This document shows, piece after piece, positions 1 to 9,032 of a DNA stretch of 64,000 nt (position 1 is its first letter; every line of letters begins with the position of its first letter). Both the position numbers and the translations under genes were made by a program. The notes beneath the pieces were generated by a model, which saw only the letters and a list, made by a program, of their open reading frames with translations, did not search any database and had not been told where the DNA came from. This DNA comes from Vicinamibacterales bacterium (lineage in GTDB: Bacteria; Acidobacteriota; Vicinamibacteria; Vicinamibacterales; UBA8438): positions 2,918,687 to 2,982,686 of the forward strand of contig OZ244900.1 of NCBI GenBank assembly GCA_965221595.1, read 5' to 3'.

Positions 1-88
1 TCCCCTGGCACCACAGCGTAATGGCCTTGCGCCAGTCGACGATCTTGAGAGGCTCGTACGTAGCGTTCAGCAGCAGGGCCTGTTCCAT
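1..88 (-). CDS. HNH endonuclease family protein, N-terminal fragment (gene runs off the left edge)
   Basis: ATG at 86-88 on the minus strand gives MEQALLLNATYEPLKIVDWRKAITLWCQG. This resembles the N-terminus of small McrA-like HNH endonucleases. Only 29 codons are visible, and the fragment is not in the ORF track. Confidence 0.45.
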   Translation of the reverse strand, partial: MEQALLLNATYEPLKIVDWRKAITLWCQG

Positions 89-172
89 GATCGCCCGCGC
101 ATTCTCACCCGACGACGGCCGGGTGTCAAGCCCCGATATCCTTGTAAAACGCTTTTGGGCAGCAATTTACAG

Positions 173-1648
173 TCATTCGAGGGTTCCTGGCACGACGATC
201 TTGAGCCACTTCCCCGGGGGCGGCGGGTCGTCGGGCGCATGGCCGTTCAGGATGGCCAGCGTCGCCGCCGTCACGGTCCCCGCCCCGGCGTGGCGGGCAA
301 TACTTTCCCACGTATCGCCCGCGCGCGCGACGTGCAGGGCGATCTCGTCGGCAACGATGCGGTCGACGTCCTCGGCCGCAAGCGGGCGGAACGAGCGGAT
401 GCTCCGATCGACGTCGCGCTCGAAGCGCGCCGCCTCCCGCACGGGGACGAACGCCGCGAGGCGGTACACCTCCCCGGCGTGGCGGATGTACGCCACCCGT
501 ACGTGCACCCGGCCCAGTTCGTCGACATCGCGCTGGTACGAACCGACATAGGCTTCGAGGCCATTGATGATCGTCCGGTCGCCCGTGGCGGCCAGACGTC
601 CGCGTGGCATCTCGTTCTCGGCGAGCACCCCGAGATCCGCGGTCCCGCCGCCGTCGGCCAGGCGCAGCAGCAGGACGGCATCCTGCCCGGCGGGGCTCGC
701 GGCGACCGCCGCCGGGCTGTTCCGAATCTCCCAGCCGTCGGGAAACCGCACCGCGAACCGCAGCACCGGATGCAGGAACTCGCCGGCCCGCGTCACCCCG
801 TCCTCCGGATTGTCGCCGAACCGCAACCCGACGATCCGTTCGAGGTAGCCCGCCCGGTCCACCCGCAACGCCGCGGGATCGCGATCCTGCAGAAGCGTCC
901 CGACCGTCGGCCCGACCTCGGTCACGCGCGCCTGCGGCTCCGGGTGGGTCGACAGCCAGTTGGGCACCCCCCGGCGGTCGCTGGCCTCGTCGATGCGACC
1001 GAGCGTCGAGAGCATGCCGGCGACGCCCTGCGGATGCCAGCCGGCGGCGGCGGCGTACTCCGCGCCGAGCCGGTCGGCCTGTATCTCGTCGTCCCGCCCG
1101 AACTTCAGCAGCAGGATCCCGAGGCCGGACGCCGCCGCGTCCACCAGCCCGGGCCGCCCGTACGGGTTCGTGCGCATGGGAGGGACGAAGATCTGCCCCA
1201 GCGCCAGGCCGATCTGCGTACCGGCGGCGCGCGAGTACGCCTGCACCGAGTGGCGCGCCGTGACGTGACCGATCTCGTGCCCCAGTACGCCGGCCAGCTC
1301 GGACTCGTCACCGAGGTACGCCAGGATGCCGCGCGTCAGATAGATGTAGCCGCCGGGCAGGGCGAATGCGTTGACCGCGGGGGAATCGACAATCACGAAC
1401 TGCCACGGCAGATCGGGGCGGTGCGAGCGCGCTGCCAGGCGGCGGCCGAGATCCTCGACGTATGCCTGCAGTGCCGGCGAGTCGTACACACCCATCTGCT
1501 CGCGGATCTGCACGTCCGCGTCGCGCCCGATCGAGAGCTCTTGCGCTTCGGTCAGCAGCGCGAACTCCCGACCGCCGGTCACCGGATTCGTCGCGCAGGC
1601 AGCCGTCAGCACGACCGCGATGCCCGCCGCCACCCGCCAGGCGCTCAT
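173..1648 (-). CDS. M48 family zinc metallopeptidase (BepA/YfgC-like) with C-terminal LysM domain, probable lipoprotein
   Basis: 491-aa ORF with the HEIGH zinc motif (GVLGHEIGHVTARH) and a lipobox-like VLTAAC near the N-terminus. The C-terminus is LysM-like (HVARAGDTWESIARHAG...LAILNG). The ATG overlaps the stop of the upstream gene (ATGA). Confidence 0.85.
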   Translation of the reverse strand: MSAWRVAAGIAVVLTAACATNPVTGGREFALLTEAQELSIGRDADVQIREQMGVYDSPALQAYVEDLGRRLAARSHRPDLPWQFVIVDSPAVNAFALPGGYIYLTRGILAYLGDESELAGVLGHEIGHVTARHSVQAYSRAAGTQIGLALGQIFVPPMRTNPYGRPGLVDAAASGLGILLLKFGRDDEIQADRLGAEYAAAAGWHPQGVAGMLSTLGRIDEASDRRGVPNWLSTHPEPQARVTEVGPTVGTLLQDRDPAALRVDRAGYLERIVGLRFGDNPEDGVTRAGEFLHPVLRFAVRFPDGWEIRNSPAAVAASPAGQDAVLLLRLADGGGTADLGVLAENEMPRGRLAATGDRTIINGLEAYVGSYQRDVDELGRVHVRVAYIRHAGEVYRLAAFVPVREAARFERDVDRSIRSFRPLAAEDVDRIVADEIALHVARAGDTWESIARHAGAGTVTAATLAILNGHAPDDPPPPGKWLKIVVPGTLE

Positions 1649-2529
1649 GTCGCCACCGCGAGCGCTGCCAGCGCCCGGCGGATCTCGTCGACGGCAGCGG
1701 GCGCCACAGGCCGCAGGGGCGGCCGCGGATCACCGCCCGCGTACCCCGCGACGGCCAGCGCCGCCTTGAGGCCGGGCACGCCATGCACGCGCGTGACGAG
1801 CCGCGCCAGCGGGGTCAACCGGCGCTGGAGAGCGCGCGCCTCGGTGAGCCGCCGTGCGTCGACGAGGTTGAACAGCTCGACACAGAACTCCGGCACGACG
1901 GACGCGAGGGCCAGTATCCCGCCCGCCGCACCCGATAGCAGGCTCGCGTAGAAGGCGGGCGCCGAACCGGCCAGCAGCCGGAAGTCGTCCGGGGTCGCGT
2001 CGACCAGCTCCGAGATGAAGCCGATGTCGCCGCCGGATTCCTTCATGCCCGCGATGTTGGGGTGGGCCGCCAGCCGGGCCACGGTCGCCACGCGCAGGCT
2101 CACGCCGGTGAGCGCGGCGAAGTTGTACAACAGGACGGGTACCGGCGCGGCGTCGGCCACCGCGGTGTAGTGCTCGAGCAGGGCCTCGTCTGCGACCCAG
2201 GCCTTGAACATGGACGGGGTGCGCACCAGCACCGCGTCCGCGCCCAGGGCGGCTGCGCGGCGCGCGGCCTGCACGGTGCCGGCAGTGGACTCGCGCGCGA
2301 CGCCGGCAATCAGCAGCCGGTCCCGCGGTACGCACGCCCGGACGGCCTCGATGACCCGGTCGGACTCCGCGTCGTCGAGCAGCGGCGCCTCCCCGTTCGA
2401 GCCCAGCGCGACAAGTCCGCGGAGACCGGTCGCCATCCACCGCCCGCAGTTGCGCTCGAGGGCCTCGATGTCGAGCTCGCCAGCGTCGAAAGGGGTCGGA
2501 ATGGGGGGGAAGACGCCGCGCAGATCCAT
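1645..2529 (-). CDS. Dihydrodipicolinate synthase (DapA/NAL) family aldolase
   Basis: 294-aa ORF with family pattern GLVALGSNGEAPLL and Schiff-base lysine context AGMKESGGD. Whether it is true DapA or a paralogue cannot be decided here. Confidence 0.8.
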   Translation of the reverse strand: MDLRGVFPPIPTPFDAGELDIEALERNCGRWMATGLRGLVALGSNGEAPLLDDAESDRVIEAVRACVPRDRLLIAGVARESTAGTVQAARRAAALGADAVLVRTPSMFKAWVADEALLEHYTAVADAAPVPVLLYNFAALTGVSLRVATVARLAAHPNIAGMKESGGDIGFISELVDATPDDFRLLAGSAPAFYASLLSGAAGGILALASVVPEFCVELFNLVDARRLTEARALQRRLTPLARLVTRVHGVPGLKAALAVAGYAGGDPRPPLRPVAPAAVDEIRRALAALAVAT

Positions 2530-2530
2530 G

Positions 2531-2938
2531 TCATTCGCGACCGGCGGAGCCGCCGCGGAGGTCGTGCTCGGCGATGAGCAGGTCGGTCACTACCCGTCCG
2601 CCCACCAGGTGCTCCTGGATGATGCGTTCCAGCGCCGCCGGATCACACTCACGATACCACGCGCCCTCGGGATAGACGACCGCCACCGGGCCGCCCTCGC
2701 AGACCCGCAGGCAGTTGGCCTTCGTCCGCAGGACGCCGCCGCGGCCGGAGAGGCCCAGCTCGCCGAGGCGACGCTTCAGGTACTCCCAGGCCGCGAGCCC
2801 GCGATCCTGCCCGCAGCACTTCGGCTTGGTCTGATCGCAGCAGAGAAAGATGTGGCGGACCGCCGCGGCGACACCCACGGCGGCCGCAGCGCGCCGCTGG
2901 CTCTCCACGCTGCCCCACTCGGCCGCTGCTTTCGGCAT
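2531..2938 (-). CDS. Thioredoxin-like [2Fe-2S] ferredoxin domain protein
   Basis: 135-aa ORF with cysteine pattern [14 protein letters not shown] ... [10 protein letters not shown], typical of this ferredoxin family. It sits 1 nt upstream of the dapA-family gene. Confidence 0.6.
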   Translation of the reverse strand: MPKAAAEWGSVESQRRAAAAVGVAAAVRHIFLCCDQTKPKCCGQDRGLAAWEYLKRRLGELGLSGRGGVLRTKANCLRVCEGGPVAVVYPEGAWYRECDPAALERIIQEHLVGGRVVTDLLIAEHDLRGGSAGRE

Positions 2939-2991
2939 CGGGAAAAGAACTGACGAGAGGCCCGCAAAAAGGAAGGTAGGATAGCACTTCG

Positions 2992-4518
2992 ATGGCCCGG
3001 CGACTCGCCTTTCTCGGCAACTGGACGACGGTCTTCCTCGGCACGGTCGAGCGCGGCGGCAACGCGCTCCCCCATCCGGCCACGCTCTTCGCCATCCTGG
3101 CCCTGCTGACCATCGTCGTCTCCGGCCTCGCGGCGGCGGCCGGCATCGCAGCCGCCCATCCCGGGACGGGGGAGACGATCCGGCCGGTCAGCCTGCTGAC
3201 GCTCGCCGGCTTCCATCGCATCGTGACGGAGATGGTGGCCAACTTCACGGGATTCGCACCGCTCGGCACCGTGCTCGTGGCGATGCTCGGCATCGGGGTG
3301 ATGGAGGCCAGCGGCCTGATCGGCGCCGCGCTCCGGCTGCTCGTGCTGTCCGCGCCGCAACGGCTGCTCACGTTCGTCATCGTGCTGGCGGGCGTCCTAT
3401 CGAACGCCGCAAGCGAAATCGGGTACGTGCTGCTGGTGCCGCTCGGCGGCATCATCTTCCTGGGGGCCGGACGACATCCCATCGCCGGCCTGGCAGCCGC
3501 GTTCGCGGGCGTGTCGGGCGGCTACAGCGCCAACCTGCTGCTGGGCACGATCGACCCGCTGCTGGCGGGGCTGTCCGAGGAAGCGGCCCAGATCGTCGAT
3601 GCCAGCTACCGGGTGAACCCGGCCGCCAACTACTTCTTCATGGTCGTGTCGACGTTCGTGGTGGCGGGCACCGGCACGTGGGTCACGGAGCGAATCGTGG
3701 TGCCGCGCCTGGGCCCGTACGAGGCCGGGGCGGATCGGACCGGGCTGCAGGCGCTCAGCGCGGCCGAGCGGCGGGGCCTGCGCTTCGCCGCAGCGGCGGC
3801 GGCGGCGTTCGCCGGGCTGTTGCTGTGGGGCACCGTCCCCGGCGACGGCTTCCTGCGCAACCCGGAGACCGGCAGCCTCCTGCGCTCGCCGTTCCTGTCC
3901 GGGATCGTCGCCTTCCTCTTTGCCGGCGGCACGGCTGTCGGCGTGGCGTACGGCGCCGGCGCCGGCACGTTCCGCAACGACACCGACGTGATGAACGGCA
4001 TGGGCAAGACGATCGGCACGCTGGGAAGCTACCTCGTGCTGGTGTTCTTCGCCGCCCAGTTCGTGGCGTACTTCAACTGGACGAATCTGGGCCTGATCAT
4101 CGCCGTCAAGGGGGCCGACACGCTGCGCGCCTCGGGGCTGGGCGGTGTTCCCCTCATGCTGGCGTTCGTGGTTCTGTCCTCGCTCATCAACCTCTTCATG
4201 GGCAGCGCGTCGGCCAAGTGGGCCGTCATGGCCCCGGTGTTCGTCCCGATGTTCATGCTGCTGGGCTACACGCCCGAGCTGACCCAGGTGGCCTACCGCG
4301 TCGGCGACAGCACGTCGAACGTGATTGCGCCGATGATGTCCTACTTCGCCCTGATCGTCGCGTTCTTCGAACGCTACGACAAGCACTCGGGAATCGGCAC
4401 CGTGGTGGCCACGATGCTGCCGTACACGGTGGCCTTCCTGATCGTCTGGTCGCTGCTCTTGATGGCCTGGATGCTGCTCGGGATCCCGGTCGGGCCCGGC
4501 GCCGGCCTGTACCTGTGA
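2992..4518 (+). CDS. AbgT family transporter (p-aminobenzoyl-glutamate / short peptide type)
   Basis: 508-aa polytopic membrane ORF. The N-terminus ([20 protein letters not shown]) and overall pattern match the AbgT/MtrF family. Confidence 0.85.
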   Translation: MARRLAFLGNWTTVFLGTVERGGNALPHPATLFAILALLTIVVSGLAAAAGIAAAHPGTGETIRPVSLLTLAGFHRIVTEMVANFTGFAPLGTVLVAMLGIGVMEASGLIGAALRLLVLSAPQRLLTFVIVLAGVLSNAASEIGYVLLVPLGGIIFLGAGRHPIAGLAAAFAGVSGGYSANLLLGTIDPLLAGLSEEAAQIVDASYRVNPAANYFFMVVSTFVVAGTGTWVTERIVVPRLGPYEAGADRTGLQALSAAERRGLRFAAAAAAAFAGLLLWGTVPGDGFLRNPETGSLLRSPFLSGIVAFLFAGGTAVGVAYGAGAGTFRNDTDVMNGMGKTIGTLGSYLVLVFFAAQFVAYFNWTNLGLIIAVKGADTLRASGLGGVPLMLAFVVLSSLINLFMGSASAKWAVMAPVFVPMFMLLGYTPELTQVAYRVGDSTSNVIAPMMSYFALIVAFFERYDKHSGIGTVVATMLPYTVAFLIVWSLLLMAWMLLGIPVGPGAGLYL

Positions 4519-4571
4519 CGCGTTCCGTCCGCACGCGGACGTCGCTGTCCCGCCGCGGCGCTTCTGAGATA

Positions 4572-6233
4572 ATGACCGCTGCGATGTCCGCGCGCGTGCT
4601 GCTCACCGCACTGCTTGCCTGCGCCGGGCTGCTCGGCCTGCATACAGCCGCCGGCCGCCAGCCGCCGGGCGCCGGCGATTCGATCACCGCCGCCGATCTG
4701 CAGCGCGAGGTCGCATTCCTCGCGTCGGACGAGATGCGGGGCCGGCTCACCGACACACCCGAGAACCGCCGTGCGGCCCGGCACATCGAGGAGCGGTTCG
4801 AGGCGTTCGGGCTGCGCGCGGTCGCCCCCGGGTCCAGCTATCGGCACCCAGTCGAGCTGCTGACCGCCGCGCTGGGCCCGGGCAACCTGCTGCGACTGCA
4901 CGTCGGCGGGGAGACCGAGACCGCCGCCAGCCCGCAGGACTTCTTCCCTGTGCCGTTCAGCGCCGCCGCGCAGGCTGCCGGCCCGGTCGTATTCGCCGGC
5001 TTCGGGATTGCGGCGGCCGATCTCGGACGCGACGACTACCGCGCCGCCGACGTGCGCGGCAAGGTCGTGCTGGTGCTCGACCACGAGCCCGGCGAGTTCG
5101 ATCCCGAGAGCCCGTTCGCCGGCGTCGTCGCGAGCGAGCGCGGCCGGGCGCTGCGCAAGGTGCTCGAGGCGCAACGGCGCGGTGCCGTCGCCGTCGCGAT
5201 CGTGGACGACGTCCACAACCACGCGCGCCGCTGGTCCATGCACGATCTGGCGGCCCGGGTGTGGCCGCGGCGGCCGCCGCGCATCCCCAACTACCAGCTC
5301 GCCGCCTGGGTCCGCCGGGTGCGCATACCGGCCGTCCGGATCTCGGTGGAGCTGGCAGGCCGACTGGTCGGCGCGTCCGGCTACACGCTGCGCGAGCTGG
5401 CCACAGCCGCCGAGACGCGCGGCGGCGCGGCGGCTGTGGAGATCCCGGACGTCAGGCTGGAGGTCGCCACGTCGGTCCGGCACGAGGTGACGGCGGTCGA
5501 CAACGTCGTCGGCCTGGTCGAAGGTGCCGATCCGACCCTGCGGCACGAGTGGCTGATCATCTGCGCGCACTACGACCACGAGGGGGCGACCGACACGGCC
5601 ATCTTCAACGGGGCGGACGACGATGCCTCCGGCGTGGCCGGGCTGCTGGAGATTGCCGAGGCGTACGCGGTGGCCCACGCAGCCGGCGCGCGGCCTGACC
5701 GCTCGATCCTGCTCGCGGCGTGGAACGCGGAGGAGCAGGGGCTGCTGGGCGCCTGGGCGTATACGGAGCAGCCGCTGGCGCCGCTCGGCGACACCGTCGC
5801 GGTGCTCAACATGGACATGATCGGGCGCAGCGAGGAAGTGCCTCCCGGCGCGGGCTACCGCTTCGTGGGCCTCGAGCCGCAGACCGCCGAATCGAACAGG
5901 AACGCCGTCAACATCATCGGTCACAGCTTCAGCGACGGACTGCGGGCCGCCGCCGAGGCCGCGAACCGCCACGCCCGGCTCGACCTGCGGTTCCGCTACG
6001 ACAACAACCGCTCGAACCTGTTGCGACGCAGCGACCAGTGGCCGTTCCTGTTCCGCCGGGTGCCGGCCATCTTCGTGCACACGGGCCTGCACCCCGACTA
6101 CCACACGGAACGCGACCGGCCGGAGACACTCGACTACGACAAGATGGCGCGTGTGGTCCGGCTCGTGTACGACCTCAGCTGGGATCTGGCCCAGAGCGGC
6201 GATCGGCCGACGTTCGACCGCCCGGCGCCGTAG
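4572..6233 (+). CDS. M28 family metallopeptidase, secreted
   Basis: The 851-aa ORF was trimmed to the in-frame ATG at 4572, which gives a signal peptide (MTAAMSARVLLTALLACAGLLG). M28 motifs present: FNGADDDASGVAGLLE, AWNAEEQGLLG, LNMDMIG. Confidence 0.8.
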   Translation: MTAAMSARVLLTALLACAGLLGLHTAAGRQPPGAGDSITAADLQREVAFLASDEMRGRLTDTPENRRAARHIEERFEAFGLRAVAPGSSYRHPVELLTAALGPGNLLRLHVGGETETAASPQDFFPVPFSAAAQAAGPVVFAGFGIAAADLGRDDYRAADVRGKVVLVLDHEPGEFDPESPFAGVVASERGRALRKVLEAQRRGAVAVAIVDDVHNHARRWSMHDLAARVWPRRPPRIPNYQLAAWVRRVRIPAVRISVELAGRLVGASGYTLRELATAAETRGGAAAVEIPDVRLEVATSVRHEVTAVDNVVGLVEGADPTLRHEWLIICAHYDHEGATDTAIFNGADDDASGVAGLLEIAEAYAVAHAAGARPDRSILLAAWNAEEQGLLGAWAYTEQPLAPLGDTVAVLNMDMIGRSEEVPPGAGYRFVGLEPQTAESNRNAVNIIGHSFSDGLRAAAEAANRHARLDLRFRYDNNRSNLLRRSDQWPFLFRRVPAIFVHTGLHPDYHTERDRPETLDYDKMARVVRLVYDLSWDLAQSGDRPTFDRPAP

Positions 6234-6810
6234 ACGTGCCCGCGAAGCGGCAGTCGACAGCCAGCGCCGCCGCCAGCAGCGCCAGGTAGCGGCGGCGCGG
6301 CACCTCGACAGCCCCGAAGCGGGCCAGGTGGGCGGTCAGCCACTGGACGTCCAGCAGCCGGTAGCCGCGGCTCCGCAGTCGCTCCACCAGCAGGCACAGC
6401 GCCACCTTCGAGGCGTCGGTCACCGTGTGGAACATCGACTCGCCGAAGAACGCGCCGCGCAGGCTTACCCCGTAGAGGCCTCCGGCGAGGCGGTCCCCCT
6501 GCCAGACCTCGATGGAGTGGGCGTACCCGGCGCCGTGCAGCGCCGTATAGCTGGCAATCAGGTCGGCGTCGAGCCAGGTGCCCTCACCGGGCCGCTTCGC
6601 ACACGCCGCGATGACCGCCGGGAAGGCGCGGTTCGTGGTCCCGTGGAAGCGGCCCTGCCGGAGCACCCGCGCGAGCCGGCGCGGCACGTGCAGCCCGTCA
6701 ATCGGCAGAATCCCGCGCCGCTCGGGGGAAAACCAGCCGACGCGCCCCGCGACCGCCATCGGGAAGAATCCTCGGCTGTACGCGCCCAGCAGCGTGTTGA
6801 TGGGGATCAT
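6175..6810 (-). CDS. aat: Leucyl/phenylalanyl-tRNA--protein transferase
   Basis: 211-aa ORF with family signature GGLYGVSLRGAFFGESMFH and an FPM...W.SP N-terminal pattern. Its 3' end overlaps the convergent M28 gene. Confidence 0.85.
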   Translation of the reverse strand: MIPINTLLGAYSRGFFPMAVAGRVGWFSPERRGILPIDGLHVPRRLARVLRQGRFHGTTNRAFPAVIAACAKRPGEGTWLDADLIASYTALHGAGYAHSIEVWQGDRLAGGLYGVSLRGAFFGESMFHTVTDASKVALCLLVERLRSRGYRLLDVQWLTAHLARFGAVEVPRRRYLALLAAALAVDCRFAGTSTAPGGRTSADRRSGPDPS

Positions 6811-6833
6811 TCCAACGTCGTATCATCACGCGC

Positions 6834-7247
6834 GTGTCCGAGCATCGACAGTCCGGCGTGCACACCTCGGAGGCCATCACCGGCGGGGTTCGCGTGCAGG
6901 TGACCGCGCGCTATTCGCCCGCGCGGTCCCAGCCGTTGCGCAACCTGTGGCTGTTCCTCTACACCATCGAGATCTCGAACGAGAGCACCGACACGGTCCA
7001 GCTCATCAGCCGCCACTGGATCATCACGGATGCCGAGAACCGGGTCGAGGAGGTGCGCGGGCTGGGCGTGGTCGGGCAGCAACCGACCCTGGCCCCTGGA
7101 GAGTCGTTCGAGTACACGTCCAGTTGTCCCCTCCAGACGCCCTTCGGCACCATGGGCGGCTCCTATCAGATGGTGACTTCCGCGGGCCGGCGCTTCGACG
7201 TCGAGATAGCCACCTTCACGCTCAGCGAACCCTACACGATCCACTGA
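6834..7247 (+). CDS. apaG: ApaG (DUF525) protein
   Basis: 137-aa ORF with ApaG patterns: YTIEISNES, LISRHWIITDA, GVVGQQPTLAPGESFEYTS. Confidence 0.85.
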   Translation: MSEHRQSGVHTSEAITGGVRVQVTARYSPARSQPLRNLWLFLYTIEISNESTDTVQLISRHWIITDAENRVEEVRGLGVVGQQPTLAPGESFEYTSSCPLQTPFGTMGGSYQMVTSAGRRFDVEIATFTLSEPYTIH

Positions 7248-7306
7248 AAGACAGCTGTCCGCAGGGCGCGGACCGCAGGGCGCGCCGCGGCGCGTGCGGC
7301 GCCTGG

Positions 7307-8113
7307 TCAAGGGGTCCCCGCACGCCGCCGGCGGACGTTCGGGCGCCGTCCCGTCGAGGACTGGAGCGCGACCACCTCGACGCCGGCGGCTTCGAGGCCC
7401 CGGCGCACGGCGGCCGCCAGCACGGCGGCCCCGGGCGTGTCGCCGTGGATGCACACGGTGTCCGCCCGCACCGCCACCGGCTCGCCGGTCGCCGCCGTGA
7501 CGACGCCGCGGCGGATCATCTGCAGCACGCGGTCGACGACGACGTCGGGATCGTGCACGACGGCAGCCGGCTGCGACCGCGACCGCAGCGCGCCGCCCGC
7601 CTCGTAGGCGCGATCGGCGAACACCTCCGAGGCCACCTCGACGCCAGCCGCGCGGCCGGCGTCCAGCAGGCAGCTGCCCGACAGGCCGACGAGCGTCAGG
7701 CGCGGCTCGACGGCCGCGACCGCGCGGGCCACCGCCGCGGCCAGCGTCCGGTCGCGGGAAGCCATGTTGTAGAGGGCCCCGTGCGGCTTGACGTGCCGCA
7801 GCCGGCCGCCCTCGGCCGCCACCATGCCGGCCAGTGCCGCTACCTGGTACAGGACCAGATCCTCTATCTCGCCCGGCGCCGCCTGCATCTCGCGGCGTCC
7901 GAAACCGACCAGGTCGGGGAATCCGGGATGCGCACCCACGGCGACGCCGAGCCGGGCCGCCAGCCGGACCGTGCGGCGCATGACCGACGGATCGCCGGCA
8001 TGCAGGCCGCAGGCCACGTTCGCGGACGTCACGTGGGCGAGGACGCCTTCGTCGTCGCCGAGCTCGTAGCGCCCGAACGACTCGCCGACGTCGCAGTTGA
8101 GGTCGACGCGCAA
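7307..8113 (-). CDS. pxpA: LamB/YcsF family protein (5-oxoprolinase subunit A type)
   Basis: Motifs VDLNCDVGESFG and ANVACGLHAGDP. The ORF-track start (8221) was moved to TTG at 8111-8113, which gives the canonical (M)RVDLNCD N-terminus and lies 14 nt after GGAGGGG. Confidence 0.75.
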   Translation of the reverse strand: MRVDLNCDVGESFGRYELGDDEGVLAHVTSANVACGLHAGDPSVMRRTVRLAARLGVAVGAHPGFPDLVGFGRREMQAAPGEIEDLVLYQVAALAGMVAAEGGRLRHVKPHGALYNMASRDRTLAAAVARAVAAVEPRLTLVGLSGSCLLDAGRAAGVEVASEVFADRAYEAGGALRSRSQPAAVVHDPDVVVDRVLQMIRRGVVTAATGEPVAVRADTVCIHGDTPGAAVLAAAVRRGLEAAGVEVVALQSSTGRRPNVRRRRAGTP

Positions 8114-8347
8114 CGTCGTGAATATTACCCCTCCGCGCCGCACGGGACCTTGGCGCTGGTATGATTTCCGGATGCCGGACGCGCGCCGTGCCGTCGCCGG
8201 GTACGCCTGCTCCCCCGTCACGCCTCGCGCGGGCCGTGCGCGGCAGCGTCACGACCGCGTCTCGATGCCACGTGCGGTTTCACCACGGATTGCCCCGCCC
8301 ACGGCGCCTCCGCCGCGCCGCGCGGGTGCCCGGCTCCGCTGAACGGC

Positions 8348-8956
8348 ATGTCGCAAGCGGCCACCGGCGGCGGCGTGGCACAGTGGCTCGGGCAGCGCTA
8401 TCCGCGCGCTGTCGAGCTGGCGGGCGAGCGGCGGATCCAGTTGCGGCTGATGGGCGCGGCGGACGTCGCGGCCGTGTTGGCCTTCGCCAACACACTGGCG
8501 CCGGAAGACCTCATGTTCCTGCGCGTGAACATCACGGAAGCGCCGGTCGTCGAGCGCTGGGTCGAGTCGATCAGGGCGGGCAGTGCGGTGACCGTGCTGG
8601 CCCGTGAGGCCGAGCAGGTGGTAGGCGAGGCGACCCTGCTCCACAACGAGGCCACCTGGACCCGACATCTCGGGGAGATCCGCATTCAGATCGCGCCCCG
8701 CGCCCGGCGTCACGGGCTGGCCCGCCTGCTGGCCGGCGAGATCGACGCCATTGCGAGACATCTGGGCCTGCAGCTGCTGACGGCGCGCATGACCCTGGAC
8801 CAGTCGGCGGCCCAGGCGGTTTTCCGGCACCTGGGATTCCGACGCGAGGCCGTACTGTGGGACTACTCGATTACGCCGGACGGACAGACCCGCGACGTGC
8901 TGGTTGCAACAAAGAGACTGCAGGCGTCCGCGCCGCACGGCGGCGCAGACGCCTGA
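8348..8956 (+). CDS. GNAT family N-acetyltransferase
   Basis: 202-aa ORF with GNAT core pattern ([36 protein letters not shown]). Confidence 0.7.
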   Translation: MSQAATGGGVAQWLGQRYPRAVELAGERRIQLRLMGAADVAAVLAFANTLAPEDLMFLRVNITEAPVVERWVESIRAGSAVTVLAREAEQVVGEATLLHNEATWTRHLGEIRIQIAPRARRHGLARLLAGEIDAIARHLGLQLLTARMTLDQSAAQAVFRHLGFRREAVLWDYSITPDGQTRDVLVATKRLQASAPHGGADA

Positions 8957-9032
8957 GGGATTGGTCGGTCGGGCGGAGACCGGCGCCGCGGGCGGCGGTT
9001 TCCCGACCAGGTGGACAGCAGGAGGACAGACT

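Noticed and set aside
3678-4571. N-terminal extensions of track ORFs: 3678-6233, 11134-13668, 11697-15116, 36546-38312, 39458-40474, 40331-42763, 44591-46231, 46328-48601, 48680-50176 and 61557-63410.
   Set aside because: The extensions overlap upstream genes or conserved noncoding elements and have non-coding-like composition. Internal starts give signal peptides or canonical N-termini, often with ATGA coupling or an RBS.
8155-8166. Extended -10-like promoter TGGTATGAT upstream of the GNAT/acs genes.
   Set aside because: It is a single hexamer match without a convincing -35 box, and the promoter consensus for this lineage is unknown to me.
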